From NCBI GenBank assembly GCA_965287045.1, contig OZ336882.1:43462001-43526000 (forward strand): a stretch of DNA of 64,000 nucleotides, read 5' to 3'. Shown here piece after piece: positions 51,720 through 63,546 of the stretch. Position 1 is the stretch's first letter, and every line of letters begins with the position of its first letter. The notes under the pieces are model-generated. The model was not told the origin of the DNA, made no database searches, and saw only the letters and a program-made list of their open reading frames with translations. The position numbers and the translations under genes were made by a program. The DNA is from Carcharhinus amblyrhynchos (taxonomy: Eukaryota).

Positions 51720-52325
51720 TCTGTGGCTCCATTGTGAGTGGATTGCACACTGGAGTTGTGATCCATGTGTTCATGGTTCAAACACTGGTAGTCCTCTGCT
51801 GGTTCAAACACAAGTGTTGCAGAGGACTACCACAGAATGAAGGCATCAAGCCTGCTGCCAGGATAAGGTCATTGATTTGCTTAATGTGCTGCGCATGGTT
51901 GCACACTGACAAGATGTTGAGGGGGTGGAATCTCTTTCTGCTGCAGTATATTGAAGAGTTGACATGTGGCAGTTGCGGAGCACCATGCATGCAGTCACTG
52001 GCTGCCTACACCATAGGAAAGACTGTAGTGCTCATGAATCTGTGTGCTCCATCCACCTGCTTCCTTCTGGCAAGAAATTATGGAATATATACAACATTCC
52101 TGGAATACAGAGCCTCAGTACCTGTTTTTATGCAAACTGGGAGATTTTGCAAGTTTTACCTGAACTCGTCTGAAAGGAACCAATTGTACACATGTTTACA
52201 GCCACACTGTCACAACCACTGGTGATGCTGTGCTTACCCTGCTCTAAGGCTGCAATTGTGACTTCAGCAGTTGGTAGATTTCAGTGAGGATGTCCTTGAT
52301 GAAACAAGGATAGCTGACACACTAA
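51720..52325 (-). mobile_element. PIF/Harbinger transposase (HARBI1-like DDE) remnant
   Basis: Minus strand: ILTEIYQLLKSQLQP..GSFQ..CKISQFA..FPMV*AASDCMH..SRKRFHPLNILSVCNH..YPGSRLDAFIL, matching the HARBI1-type GAIDCTH / NRKGFHSLN / PGS.HDA motifs. Confidence 0.88.
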
Positions 52326-52329
52326 TAGT

Positions 52330-52620
52330 GGGCAGCACAGTGCCAAGCACTGCTGCCTCACAGCACCAGGGACCTGGGTTCGATTCCTGGCTTAGGTCAC
52401 TGTCTGTGTGGAGTTTGCAAGTTCTCCCCATGTCTGCGTGTGTTTCCTCTGCATACTCCGGTTTCCTCCCACAGTCCAAAAGATGTGCTGGTTAGGTGCA
52501 TTGGCTAAATTCTCCCTCAGTGTACCCGAATAGGCACTGAAGTGTGGCGACTAGGGGATTTTCACTATAACTTCATTGCATGGTTAATGTAAGCTTACTT
52601 GTGACACTAATGAATAAACT
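52330..52620 (+). mobile_element. HE1/V-SINE-like SINE (tail type B)
   Basis: gggcagcacagtg..gggttcgattcc, V-domain, tail gcgactaggggattttcactataacttcattgc..cttgtgacactaatgaataaa. Confidence 0.9.
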
Positions 52621-53269
52621 TTAAAACTTTAAGTTCAGATAGGACACTTGCTTCCCAGACACCTTTTGGGGATATGGCCTCCTGTTGAGAGCCCTTCTCC
52701 TCTCAGCTCCTCCCTCTTCCAGCAGCTTGCCCAGATCTGTGTCACCTCTTGTTCATTCTCGCTGTCATGCTGTAGCCTAGGGCAACACAATTCAGATCTG
52801 GAAAAAAGTAGAATCATTGGAGCAGGCTTTACTGCTGGTGGTGAATTTATGGAACTCTTTAAAAACTGAGGGCAACACTGGGAGATAGTCACTCAAAATT
52901 ATTTCCCAGTGAAATAGAAAATGGTGAACCCACTGGAAGCTGAAATCGACTTTGGACTGTTTTCTCCAAGGACTGTAATTCTGTCACAATGTGTGATTAA
53001 TGTAAGAAAGAAACATTCCCTTCGTGGTTTAAAGTATTATAGCATTTTTAATCATTTGTCAAAGGAAAAATCTTTAAAATGTGAAATGCTGGTACATTTT
53101 TTTTTCCGTTATTAACAGAAAGTTCAAATTTATTTTTAAATGTTACCAGTTTCCATGGTGATTGCGACAGTAGGTCTCAATAATCAATGGAACAATAAAT
53201 TTATGGCTCCTTGATACTGTACTAGGAACAATTTCTGGTTGATGATTTGTAACTGTCAGCCATGACTAT

Positions 53270-56200
53270 TGTTATATATTTAAGTGGCTGCATAATTGCT
53301 TTAAGAGCTGATCACATGACTTGACGGTGATTCATTAGAGTGTTTCACACACTGCTGTTTAGTTTCATTTTTCTATTCTGTGCGGAAAATATCTCTTTCA
53401 ATAAACCTGTCATGTGTTACTTTGAATCAACGTGTGCAAATCAAGTATTTTTCTTTTTGTTTAAAAGTCACAACCCCAAACATAGTTAGAACATTATAAA
53501 GAGAAAGTTGGCTATGAATCTGGATGGTGTTTCATCGAGAACACGGAGAGAAGATCCTAAGTAGAGAATAAAACATTGTGGGTCCTTGCCTTTTGAATAT
53601 TAGAAAACTGAGGAAAATCAACATAAGATTAAAGCTTGAAGGGCCAGTAAGAAAAGAAATTTTGTGTGGTTTCAAAAGAGAGGATATTTTAATCAGTGAA
53701 GAGAGATTCCAGGCGTTATCTGGCATATTTGAAAAGAAGGGATGCTTTGCTGTACTGCTTGGGCCTTTTGAAAAATGATTAAGTCAACAGTCTCCAGGGT
53801 GAAAAGGAGACTACTGGGTTGACAGTACATACATACACTGAGCAGCCTTAAGTCACTAGTGCCTGCAAGAGAAATGGTGGATCAATTAAGATCCATAGGT
53901 CCTTTCAATAAAGAAAATGAATCATGGAGTTCCTATGCAGAGCACAGTTACTTTGTACAAGCAAACAAATTGCTTGTATCAGCTTCCATCAGTACCATGG
54001 GAAATAAAACCTCTAATTTACTCTGGAACTTGGTTCATCCTGCAAGGCCAGGAAGCAAAACCAATGAGAACTCATCAAAAATCCTTAAACAGCATTATTC
54101 TCCAAAGCCACTGAACATCATGGAATGGTTCAGGTTCCACTGAAGGAATCCAGTGTTGTATACTAATTAATATCTGCTTCTTTTAATTGGAAGTTTATTG
54201 CTAAGTTAACAGGTGAGCACAAATTCAACAAGATTGATCTTTCACAAGCATATTTACAGATAAGTGTAGCCATGGAATCTCAACAACTGCTAACCATCAT
54301 TACTCATAAAGGCCTTTCTCATTATAAAAGATTGCCTTTTGGAATAACATATGCACTAGCCCTATTCCAAAGATCAATGGATCAGGTTTTAAGTGGTTTC
54401 TCTGGTATATAATGTTCCCTGGATTATATTCTAATTACAAGCACATTTGAACAATTTAGGAGCAAAAGTAGAATGTCATTCAGCACATGGTATGCATATG
54501 AAGCAAGAAAGTGCAACTTTTTCTGGACGTCAGTCCAGTAGTTGGGTCATATTATTGATAGTAAAGGCCTGCATAAAGCATGTACAAAGAGGGAAGTACT
54601 TTAGAAGAACTGTGTCTGACAAATGTCTAGGATTAATAAATTATTACGACAAATTTGTTCCTAACTTCACAAATTATGCAATGCCTTCAATATTGTAGCT
54701 ATGCATATATGGGACTAGACAACAGAATATGAGAAAGCATACAAGGATGTTAAAGATGCTTTGCAGCACCTGAAGTATTGGTTCATTTTAATCTGAAGTT
54801 ATCTTCCTGCTTGCTTGTGGCACTTCACCTTATGGAGTAGGGACAATAGTTTCACATATTATCACTTCAGGAGAACAGCCAATAGCTTTTGCTTCATGTT
54901 CTCTGACGAGTCCTGAATCTAAATATTCTGAGCTAGAAGAAGTATTGAGTATACTTTTTGGCATACAAACGTTTCATCATTATTTATATGGTTGACATTC
55001 CACATTACTGACTGATCACCAACCCTTTACTATTTTTGTGCCGTATCAAGGCATAACATTATTAGCTGCTGGCCAATTGCAAAGATGGTTACTGATCTTA
55101 TCTGCATACTCCTACAATAGAAGATATTGTCAGTCAGAGTCCCATGTTAATGCTGTTGCATTATCTTTATCTATTGAGCCACCAACTGTGAATATTCTTT
55201 GTTTTTCGCTGCTAGATCATTTGTCTGTACAGCATATCATGATCAGAGACATACCAGAAATAATCCTGTGATGGGGAAGATGATGGATATTGTATTGAAA
55301 GGAATGATAGATGGAACGTATCGTATGCATCCTGATTTGAAATCATGTGTCAAGAAAGTTCAAGTTGTCTGTCCAAAGTGGGTATCCATTGTGCGGAATC
55401 TGAGGGGTCATTCCTCTTCGTCTGTATGGAAGAATTCTTGAACAATTACATGAAGGACATCCTGGTAGAGTCCAGATGAAAGAATGGTCACGTAGTTATT
55501 TTTGGTGGCCAGATTTGGATGCTCAGATTGAAGAAAACATGGAACAGTATCAATCCTATGCAAAAATAAGAAGTACACCTCCCTTGTCTCCTTCACATCT
55601 TTTGAGAATTACATGTTCTTAGTCATATTCAAAGTGCCATCATGTGATCCATTACAAATGAGCAAACCGTTGAAAAGCTTGATTAAATTATTGCAAGATT
55701 TGGTAAATTGCAAGCTTTTTCATGAATATGGTTCATTGTTTACATAAAATCACAGGATCCCTAAAGTGCAGAAGAAGGCCATTCAGCCCATTAAGTCTGT
55801 ACCGACTCTCTAAAAGACCATCGTACACAAACTCTTTCCCTATAACCTCACGTATTTATACCACTAATGTCTCTAACTTACACATTTTGGGACACCAAGG
55901 TGCAATTTAGCGTGCCCAATTCACCTAATCTGCACATCTTTGGATAGTGGGAGGAAACTGAATCATCCAGAAGAAACCGAAGCAGACATTGGGAGAATGT
56001 GCAAACTCCACACAGACACTCATCCAAGGTTGGAATCGAACTCGGGTCCCCGGAGCTATAAGGCAGCAGTGCTAACCACTGTGCCGCCATGCCGCCCTTC
56101 ACAAGTGTTTGAGAATTATCTCAAAGTAAATAGTATTCAGCATATATAATTTGCACCAGATCATCCACCAATCAATGGATTAGCTGAAAGATTCATACAA

Positions 56201-56400
56201 TCCTTGAAGCAACTACTCATGCGACCATCCAAAGTTGAAAACCATGTTTGATTTGTTATTACTTCTAGAAATTTCAGAGGCTATTAGAGCATAACAACAA
56301 TCTCAAGTTGATAGATGAGAAGTGAGAGCAAAACAATGCTCATTTCAACAAGGTGATCGAGTGTTAGCGTATACTTATGCAATGAGTGAGAAATGAGAAA
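53270..56400 (+). mobile_element. Degenerate Gypsy LTR retrotransposon (putative 5' LTR 53270-53493, gag, RT, RNase H, integrase)
   Basis: TG..AATAAA..CA segment; gag-like ESWSSYAE..LWNLVHPARP..LKQHYSPKP..EWFRFH; RT FNKIDLSQAYLQ..YKRLPFG; RNase H ACGTSPYGVG and TDHQP; integrase HEGHPG and HPPINGLAERFIQS; no 3' LTR seen. Confidence 0.9.
55743..56097 (-). mobile_element. HE1/V-SINE-like SINE (tail A) inserted in the Gypsy integrase
   Basis: Full head and V-domain; integrase-like sequence resumes on both sides (..GSLFT | SQVFENYLK). Confidence 0.92.
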
Positions 56401-56861
56401 AAGCCATAGTTTTGGCAAAAACAGGTCCAACTGCTTACACCAAACCAAACATAAACCAGTCTGGTGACACCATTGTTCAAGTCCATCCACCTTCTTAGAT
56501 AAATGAGACATTGGGAAAGAAAGGGACATTGCATGAAATTCTTCCAGTGCACAGGTCAATATTCGTTTCTCAAATCATGCCACCAAAACAGATTTTTAGG
56601 TCATGTAATTCACTGTTATTTGTGGCAGCTTGCTACATGCAACTTGATGACTATACTTCTCTTCAAAATATCATGACTACACTTCAAATTGCATTATGAT
56701 GTCCTGAAGGGTGCTAAATAAATTCAAGTTCTTCTATTAATTTATTTTATTACAACACAATACATTTTCATAGCACATGAACTATGATAGTGGAATTCAC
56801 ATTAGCCTAATGCAAGGGAAAAGCATTTGAGAACTGTACATTAAGTGTGTGCTTAACTAAT

Positions 56862-57177
56862 TTTTTTTTTGTATATATATCCAATTCAATCCAGTCAAAG
56901 TCCTGTTCAGAGTCTCAGCAAGTGAGACATTCCAGATCCAAGCTGACAAGACAGGCCTCTCACTCCCTGTCATGGGCTTGATCTATATGATCCAAGCTGA
57001 TTGGAGTAGGCAATGCACCTTCTCCAAGGCTTGATCTCATTTGCATCTTCGCCAAAAGGCCGAGATGCTGCTTTTAAAAAGTTGCTTCAAATGAAGCTAC
57101 AATGTAACCTTATGACATCAACCACGTACAGCATGTCCATACTACACTTGATCTTAGCCAAAAAGCCGAGTAGCAAT
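56862..57177 (-). mobile_element. U2 snRNA-headed short retroposon (SINEU-like), TSD-flanked with poly(A)
   Basis: 57177-57139 matches vertebrate U2 nt 1-39 (36/39); second U2 fragment 57068-57045 (22/24 to U2 nt 4-27); A-tail at 56870-56862; duplication (T)AACTAAT at 56854-56861 and 57177-57184. Confidence 0.85.
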
Positions 57178-58554
57178 AACTAATGGTTACCCCTGACCTA
57201 CAGTTCGTTAATTGCAGAAAGATTACCAGTGTTAGAACATGTAGTTATAATACAACTTTTCTTCATTGATCGAAATTGTTGCAGGTGCAACTGCCATTTT
57301 CAGTTTAACACAATTAAATAATTTATTAAAAATGAGAAACTATGACTAAGGAACCTACTGATTTAAAGGAAGGGTGTAGAGAGTTCAATGGCACGACAAG
57401 CTTTCACTGCTTTTATAATTTGTTTTTGTCTTGTGTCAAAACAGTCGCTGTTCTTTTCCACCTGTTCCTGATATATGCACATTTTGCTAGGTATTTACAC
57501 TAGCCATAATCTTCCACTAATTACTTGTGTCTTTTCAATGACTGAAATTGCTTTTCCTTTTTGCAACTGTGTCAAATCCATAAATGGTGAGAACTTAGTT
57601 GACTGTATGGGTTGGTGAAATGTGGCACAGGAGACAAATTCCATTCTAATGTGTAACCTAAAAATGAACATTTGCACAATTATATTGTTAAGAATGAATT
57701 TAATCCGTGTGGAGATACAAATTGAGGATGCACTGTGAATGAATTCACACTCAATTCTGCATGGAGAAAGGTTTGCTCCCATAGGGTTAACTCAACTAAT
57801 AATTTGACTAGCATTCAAATTATATCTGTATAATATTATTATATGCAAAATATGTTGTAATGTAATGATAATTACAGCACCCCTGCTGGGTTGCATTCAG
57901 AACAAATAAATCAACTGATTGTTTCTCAGACAGGTTATAGTTTGCAATGCTGTATCTTTTGAATTCATTTGGCTGGCATTATGGTAACCAATTGAAAATA
58001 CCATCAGCAATTCATTAAACTATATTTGTTCTGCTATCAATAACAGCAACTCATGCTGTGTCCATCAGTCTGCTAAAATGTGCAAGTACTCTGCCAAAAG
58101 TAAGAAATTTGGCTAAACCTGAAGGGAATATCTAACTTATTCTCTATATCCTCAAATTGTTTTATATAAACACGTATTTCTTCAAACTGACTTTGGAGCA
58201 CAGACACAAATGCTAAGAAGTAGGAAAAGAATGAAATTTCTCCCCTGATGGCTCAATGGATGAATGCAGTCTAGATGCAGCTGTAAGCATTCCCTAAATT
58301 CAACTGTTTTAAAAACCCTTCCTAACTCTGTCATCTCTTTCAACCCCACATCTCTTCAAGACAAATTTGTTCATCTTAAGACTGGGGTGGGATTTTCTAC
58401 CTCCCACTGCCAACTCCTATCCTCTCCCCATGCTCGCATCCTCCACCACCTGGGAATGTGCCACAGGTGATTGCCATCAGTAGGACTGGAAGATCTTGCC
58501 CGCATAACGCACTGGAAAACTTCAGCCTGGCCTCTTCAACACCACCGATTCCAA

Positions 58555-59360
58555 TCACTGCACTATTAGCAGAAGGAGGCTATTCTGTTCATTGTATCTG
58601 TATTACTTTCTCAGTGAGCAATTCACTTAGTGCCATTATCCTGTCTTCTCCCGGTAACCCTGCACATTCTTCCTTTTCAGGCAATGGTCTAACTCCCTTT
58701 TGAATATATCAATTGAAGTCCCTTGCTATGCACTCTCAAGCAGTGCATTCCAGATCTTAAGCACTCATTGCTTGAAGAAGCTTTCTTTCATATCCCCTTT
58801 GCTCCATTTGTCAATTGTTTTAAATCTGCACCTTCTCATTCTCAATCCCCTCACAAGCGGAAATACTTTCTAAGAGTTCTACCCAGATCCCTCATGATAT
58901 TAAATACCACTGTCAAATCTCCTCATAATATTATGTACATGCCAACGGCAATATAAAGCTACTCAGCAGAGTAAGAGTTAATGTGGGAGTTGGAATAGCA
59001 CCACCCACGGTTCAAATTATACAATCACATTATAATAGACTCAGAGAGAACACTCAGGAAGCCCAGCCTACATGGGGATGCAGCTCCATGCATGGCAGTA
59101 ACTTGGAATCTGTAAATATTTGTAGTTAAAGACTAACAATAAATGTTTCACATTTAATATACGAGCCTTAAGACCTCATTATTGAGACATCTAAAGAACC
59201 TATAATACCTCTCAACTCTCTTTATTTCAAGAAAAATGATCCCAACTTTTCCAATGTATATAATAGAAGTTCTTCCCTTGACCATTCTCATAAATCTTTC
59301 TTGCACTTTCTCCAATGCCTTCACATCCTTCCTAAAGTACGATGCGCAGACCTGGACAAT
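58555..59360 (-). mobile_element. Degenerate CR1 3' end, interrupted
   Basis: gcagaaggaggctattc tail; gcagtgcattccagatc...ccctcatgatattaaataccactgtcaaatctcctc | ctcaac...ctccaatgccttcacatccttcctaaagt. Confidence 0.75.
58925..59207 (+). mobile_element. Probable short solo LTR inside CR1
   Basis: 4-bp duplication CCTC (58921-58924, 59208-59211); near-terminal TATTAT/ATAATA inverted ends; internal AATAAA. Confidence 0.5.
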
Positions 59361-61039
59361 TAGAGGCCGCCAACTCTTCTGTACTCAGTGGCACTGTTGC
59401 AATTTCAAATATTAGAGTTCTACAGTATATTTGGAAATTACAATTTGTGCATTAGGTTTCTGAAACTGCACAGGATTCTGGTACCAGCTATAGTTTAGAA
59501 ACCCTGTAATAATAAATCAAGTATGACAAGAATGGATTTAGCATGACTGCAATAATATCAGAAATATCATTCTGATTGTTTGGCTACCACTGTAACCTAT
59601 CATTACAGAAGCTCTCAAAATGGCCAAGGATATATTATATCGCCTGAAAGCAGGGAGCACTAATGTACAACTGGATCACTGCTGTAGCACAAGGCCTAGG
59701 GTTTACCCAGCAGTTGGAAAACTCCAAGCAATATTTGTCTTTTTGTGCTCTTGATTCACTTGTACAGGACAAGTAGACAATGTGAAATATCTTTAAATTA
59801 CTTTCCTGATCATTTAAACTTCCTGATGTAGTGACAGCTTCAAACCTGTGGAATTCCCTTACAAACTCATACAATATTTATACTTTTAAAACAAATGGCA
59901 TTATTTAATCACTACTTCCTGTTTGCTGTCAGTGATTCTCCATGCCTTCACAGGATGCCCCTGTTGAAGATTTGCAAATGGAAATCGATTAGAAGTCACT
60001 GAATTGATGTGAATTTTCATTTTTATGCTATTATTCTTATTGTGAAAACCCTTTAAAAAGTTACACCATGTGCAATAACCTACAACTGGGTTTTTATCAG
60101 TGAACTAAATCATTATTACTGCTGAACAATCTATGTAACCTTAAAAAAAGGTTACACTTGTGGAAAGTCAAATTTCTCTATTCCGTGGTAAAAATTCCAT
60201 AGATTTTAAAAATAGTATGGGTTTGTTTTTAATTTCTTCAGACATTCCAGTTTCTACCTCAATCCTATGTACATGTTTAATTTATATTTTGCTTTCTGTA
60301 AAGTTACAAAAAGCGAATGATGAAACCTTGTCTGCTGTCTGAAATTCCTCAGCTAATTAGCCAGGTTGATAACATTAAGGCTGCTGGACAATGGAAATTC
60401 CTGACAGCTGCCACCAGAATGAAACTGACATTAGGAAACGTAAAATTCACAAAACCGAGCCTACTGAATCTTTATAGCAACTGAGATCGGTGTGAGTGCT
60501 ATCACTTCACCTCTAACCTCAAAATCTGGGCCATGAATTTCACATCCATGGTCTGACGTATTGATGTCACTATAATTCACTATAAAACATAGATTTGGCT
60601 TCAGTTAGAAGACTGTATCCAGTTTTCATCTTCTCACATGATAAACTGAGGCTTTGGAAAATGTTAAGAGGAGGACCATATGTTTTCCTGGTCCAAAACA
60701 TATTAATTACCTAAATAACTCAAAAGAGTAATCTGTATACCACAAAATAACAAGGACTGCAAGCTGCTATTGTGGCATGAATAAAGATGCTATTGGATTA
60801 TGTTCATGTGGATCAATTATTTCTCCCTATAGGTTAGGGAGCACCATGCTTCAAAATGACTAGGTGGATCTTCGGTGGTTTTCCTTTTTCCAGAGAATAT
60901 TTAACCGATGAAACAGGTTGCCGACTCGTGAACTGATTTGCTGCATTCCTTAAGGCTGGAGCCGGATCTGGTTCTGGCTGGGTTGAAAATTACCTCTTAG
61001 ACGAGGCAGATATCCAATAATTTAAATCAAGATTAATAT

Positions 61040-61340
61040 ACCTGTGACGAGCCCTACCACTGAACCCCCAGGAGAGGTACAGCAGAAATCACAAGAGCAC
61101 AAGAATTGTCATTGAGCAAGTCATTGAGATGCTGAGGGTGCAATCTGGATGCCTGGACAGATCTAGGCGCGCCTTTCACTATACACCAGCAATGATTTTT
61201 GGAGTGGTAGTGGTGTACTGTGCCTTATATAACATGGCAAAGCAGATAGAACTGGAGCAGCAGCATGTTCCTCATGCAACAAGGGCACATGTAGCTGCAC
61301 ACTTAGCTGCTGAGGATGCCCAGAACTGACTGATTTAGGC
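61040..61340 (+). mobile_element. PIF/Harbinger transposase C-terminal remnant
   Basis: ERYSRNHKSTRIVIEQVIEMLRVQSGCLDRSRRAFHYTP..VVVVYCALYNMA, matching the HARBI1-type TR.VIE..FG.LK.RFRCLD..LQY.P..CC.LHN motif. Confidence 0.88.
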
Positions 61341-61499
61341 ACACTTCAGCTAATCAGAGGCAGTGCAACCATCTGAGACATCAATTCTGAACTCAGATTA
61401 GTCCCCAGTCCAGTCAATAATGCATCCCTTTAACACCCATTATTTGTCTCTAACTCTCCTCATGCCATTTGTCGTGGAGAACGGGCAGAGGTAGAGGTG

Positions 61500-62870
61500 G
61501 AGGATTTGGGGTCAGGGCAGAGCTACTGAAGTGAAAAGTACACCCTTTCATTGTGCTCTTTCCTTGTCTTCCCTTGTATGACCCATCCACAGTTCCTTGC
61601 TAGCCAAGATCTGAAGAGTGTTTTGTTGAACGTCAATGAGGTACAGAATGGTCAATTTGATGTTTACCTCAATCCGATCTAAGAAGGCAATCTGAGTGTG
61701 TAGGACATTGGTGAGGGCTAGCACGCACTTTGTTGCTTTTTTCTGATTGATGCTCCAAAACAAAATGCAAGTGGCCATCCTTCCATGGATACAGACATCA
61801 GTGCAAAGGCCTGAGACATTTGGTGCTTATGCTGGAGGCAGACTCACAAAGCTCTCACTATAATGCACAGTGCAGACGGAAAGGCCAGGAGGACATCTTC
61901 TTCTGCTGCTCCAGAATAGTTCTCCTTATTGATGATCCACATGACTCAGCACCTTTGCTTAGTTGAGCAGAGATTGAAGTGTCCTTTACCCGCCAGTGAT
62001 GAGTTACCACTCTCGGTGCTGTTTCCAACATCTACTGTAAACACTTGTGGTTTGTGCATCATCATGTAATAACTTCTCTTGAAGGCTCCTCCAAGGTGCA
62101 CATATCTGGGTTAATTGGGGAGGGGGTTGGGTGCACATGAGTCTACGCTCCCATAGAGTGAGTGATCCCTCTGAGGAGACTTCATCCTCCTCTGACACCA
62201 AGATTATCATTGTGCAAATCATCAAATCAGCACGAGTTAGTGTTGTATGCCATGTGGCTGTATTAAATTTAATTCTCTCACCAGGTAACTGGGAGATTCC
62301 CACCTCTTCATTGCCAATGCCTAAGCATGCCAAGGTTCTACATATGTCCATTGTCTGTTCCTCTGCAGCTTTCAAAGTGGTGATGATTGAAGGCCATGAC
62401 TAGTTCTGTTTGTTTATCCTCTTTTCTGCTGCAAGAGCAGATGAAAGAGACCTATGGGTTTGAGCACTGGAATGTTTGGAGAGATTGATGGACAACATCT
62501 GTGGATTGTGAGGCCATAAGATTAGAGTATCAGTGGTGGCTAGTCAGAAAGGATTGGGTGGAGGTGTTTACAGAAACAGGGGATGGTGAATGGGAAAAAA
62601 ATTGTCAAAGTTAGGGTGCATTTGTACTTAAATATGTCACGGCACATGGCTTTTCCTATCCCAATCATTTAACCGTATCCAGGATTCTACTGCTCATGGT
62701 CTCCTCAGCCACGTCCAGTCATGCTTACTTACTTGTTGAGTCAGCAGGTGTCTTCATTCCATCTGTACGGAGTTTAAACACCCTGTCCAGGGATGCATCT
62801 GAGGACCACAGTGCTGCCTTTCCACATTGATACTCTATTTTGCCAGTTGTTGACTCTGGTATGACATTTT
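61500..62870 (-). mobile_element. Probable Harbinger ORF2 (Myb/SANT-like) remnant, convergent with the transposase
   Basis: GKAALWSSDASLD..DGMKTPADST resembles APRFSDA.L...DG.K.P; after acceptor ctcttgcag, TLKAAEEQTMDI..GNEEVG resembles the Harbinger ORF2 second exon; convergent layout is typical. Confidence 0.55.
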
Positions 62871-63546
62871 TACAATTCTTAGCTTCAAACACTAATTGCA
62901 CATGGAAGTATATAGCAAAGATTTTTTGTTTCTTGTGCATGTTATAACCAATCATTACATTGGAAGTGAGTACATAGTGTTGTCTTCTGAAATTTGGAGG
63001 GCCTGTTCTGCTTCTGGAAACTTTGGTGTTAATCTTGCAAATTAAATTCCATAATTTGTTTCAAGGAATGGATAAACATTTCAGTTTTCAATAAGTGCCA
63101 TCATTGTTTTGGATTTATTTGGTATACATACTGGAACTTTTGCCAATTGTGAGTTCATTAGTTTAGATTTCTTTTTGTGTACATTTTGGAACTTGTGCCT
63201 ATAAGGAATGAAAATAATTTAAATTCAAGTTACGATAAAATATTAGACTCAGATTCCAAAAGGTTAACTCTCAAAGGTATTACAATTTGTAACTCAACAT
63301 TTAGAGACATTTAGGATGCTAATTGGGAAAGCAATGGGGAGTCATTAAATATATTCCATAGCTGCTCACTCTGTGGTGCTAGAATGACTTTCATTCATTA
63401 TACCCAGCAGGGAATGTTACTGAATAGACTTTCATATGTTATCAGCTTCCATATCAAGTAATCTTCAGTCAAGATGGTATCTTTGTTGATAATTCAAATT
63501 TCAGAATTAAGAGGTCAGAAGGTCATCACATGAAGAAGCAGTGTGA

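Noticed and set aside
51786-51832. Hairpin as a pre-miRNA
   Set aside because: Only a 14-bp stem with no extended pairing; fully explained by a templated insertion in a transposase fossil.
51734-52225. 163-aa Cys-rich plus-strand ORF
   Set aside because: It is the antisense shadow of the decayed Harbinger transposase on the minus strand.
54902-54925. CTGACGAGTCC as a hammerhead core
   Set aside because: No complementary stem II or GAAA follows; it is coding sequence (SLTSPE) of the Gypsy RNase H remnant.
57139-57177. Functional U2 snRNA gene
   Set aside because: Only nt 1-39 are present, the rest of U2 is missing, and the segment sits within a TSD-flanked poly(A) element.
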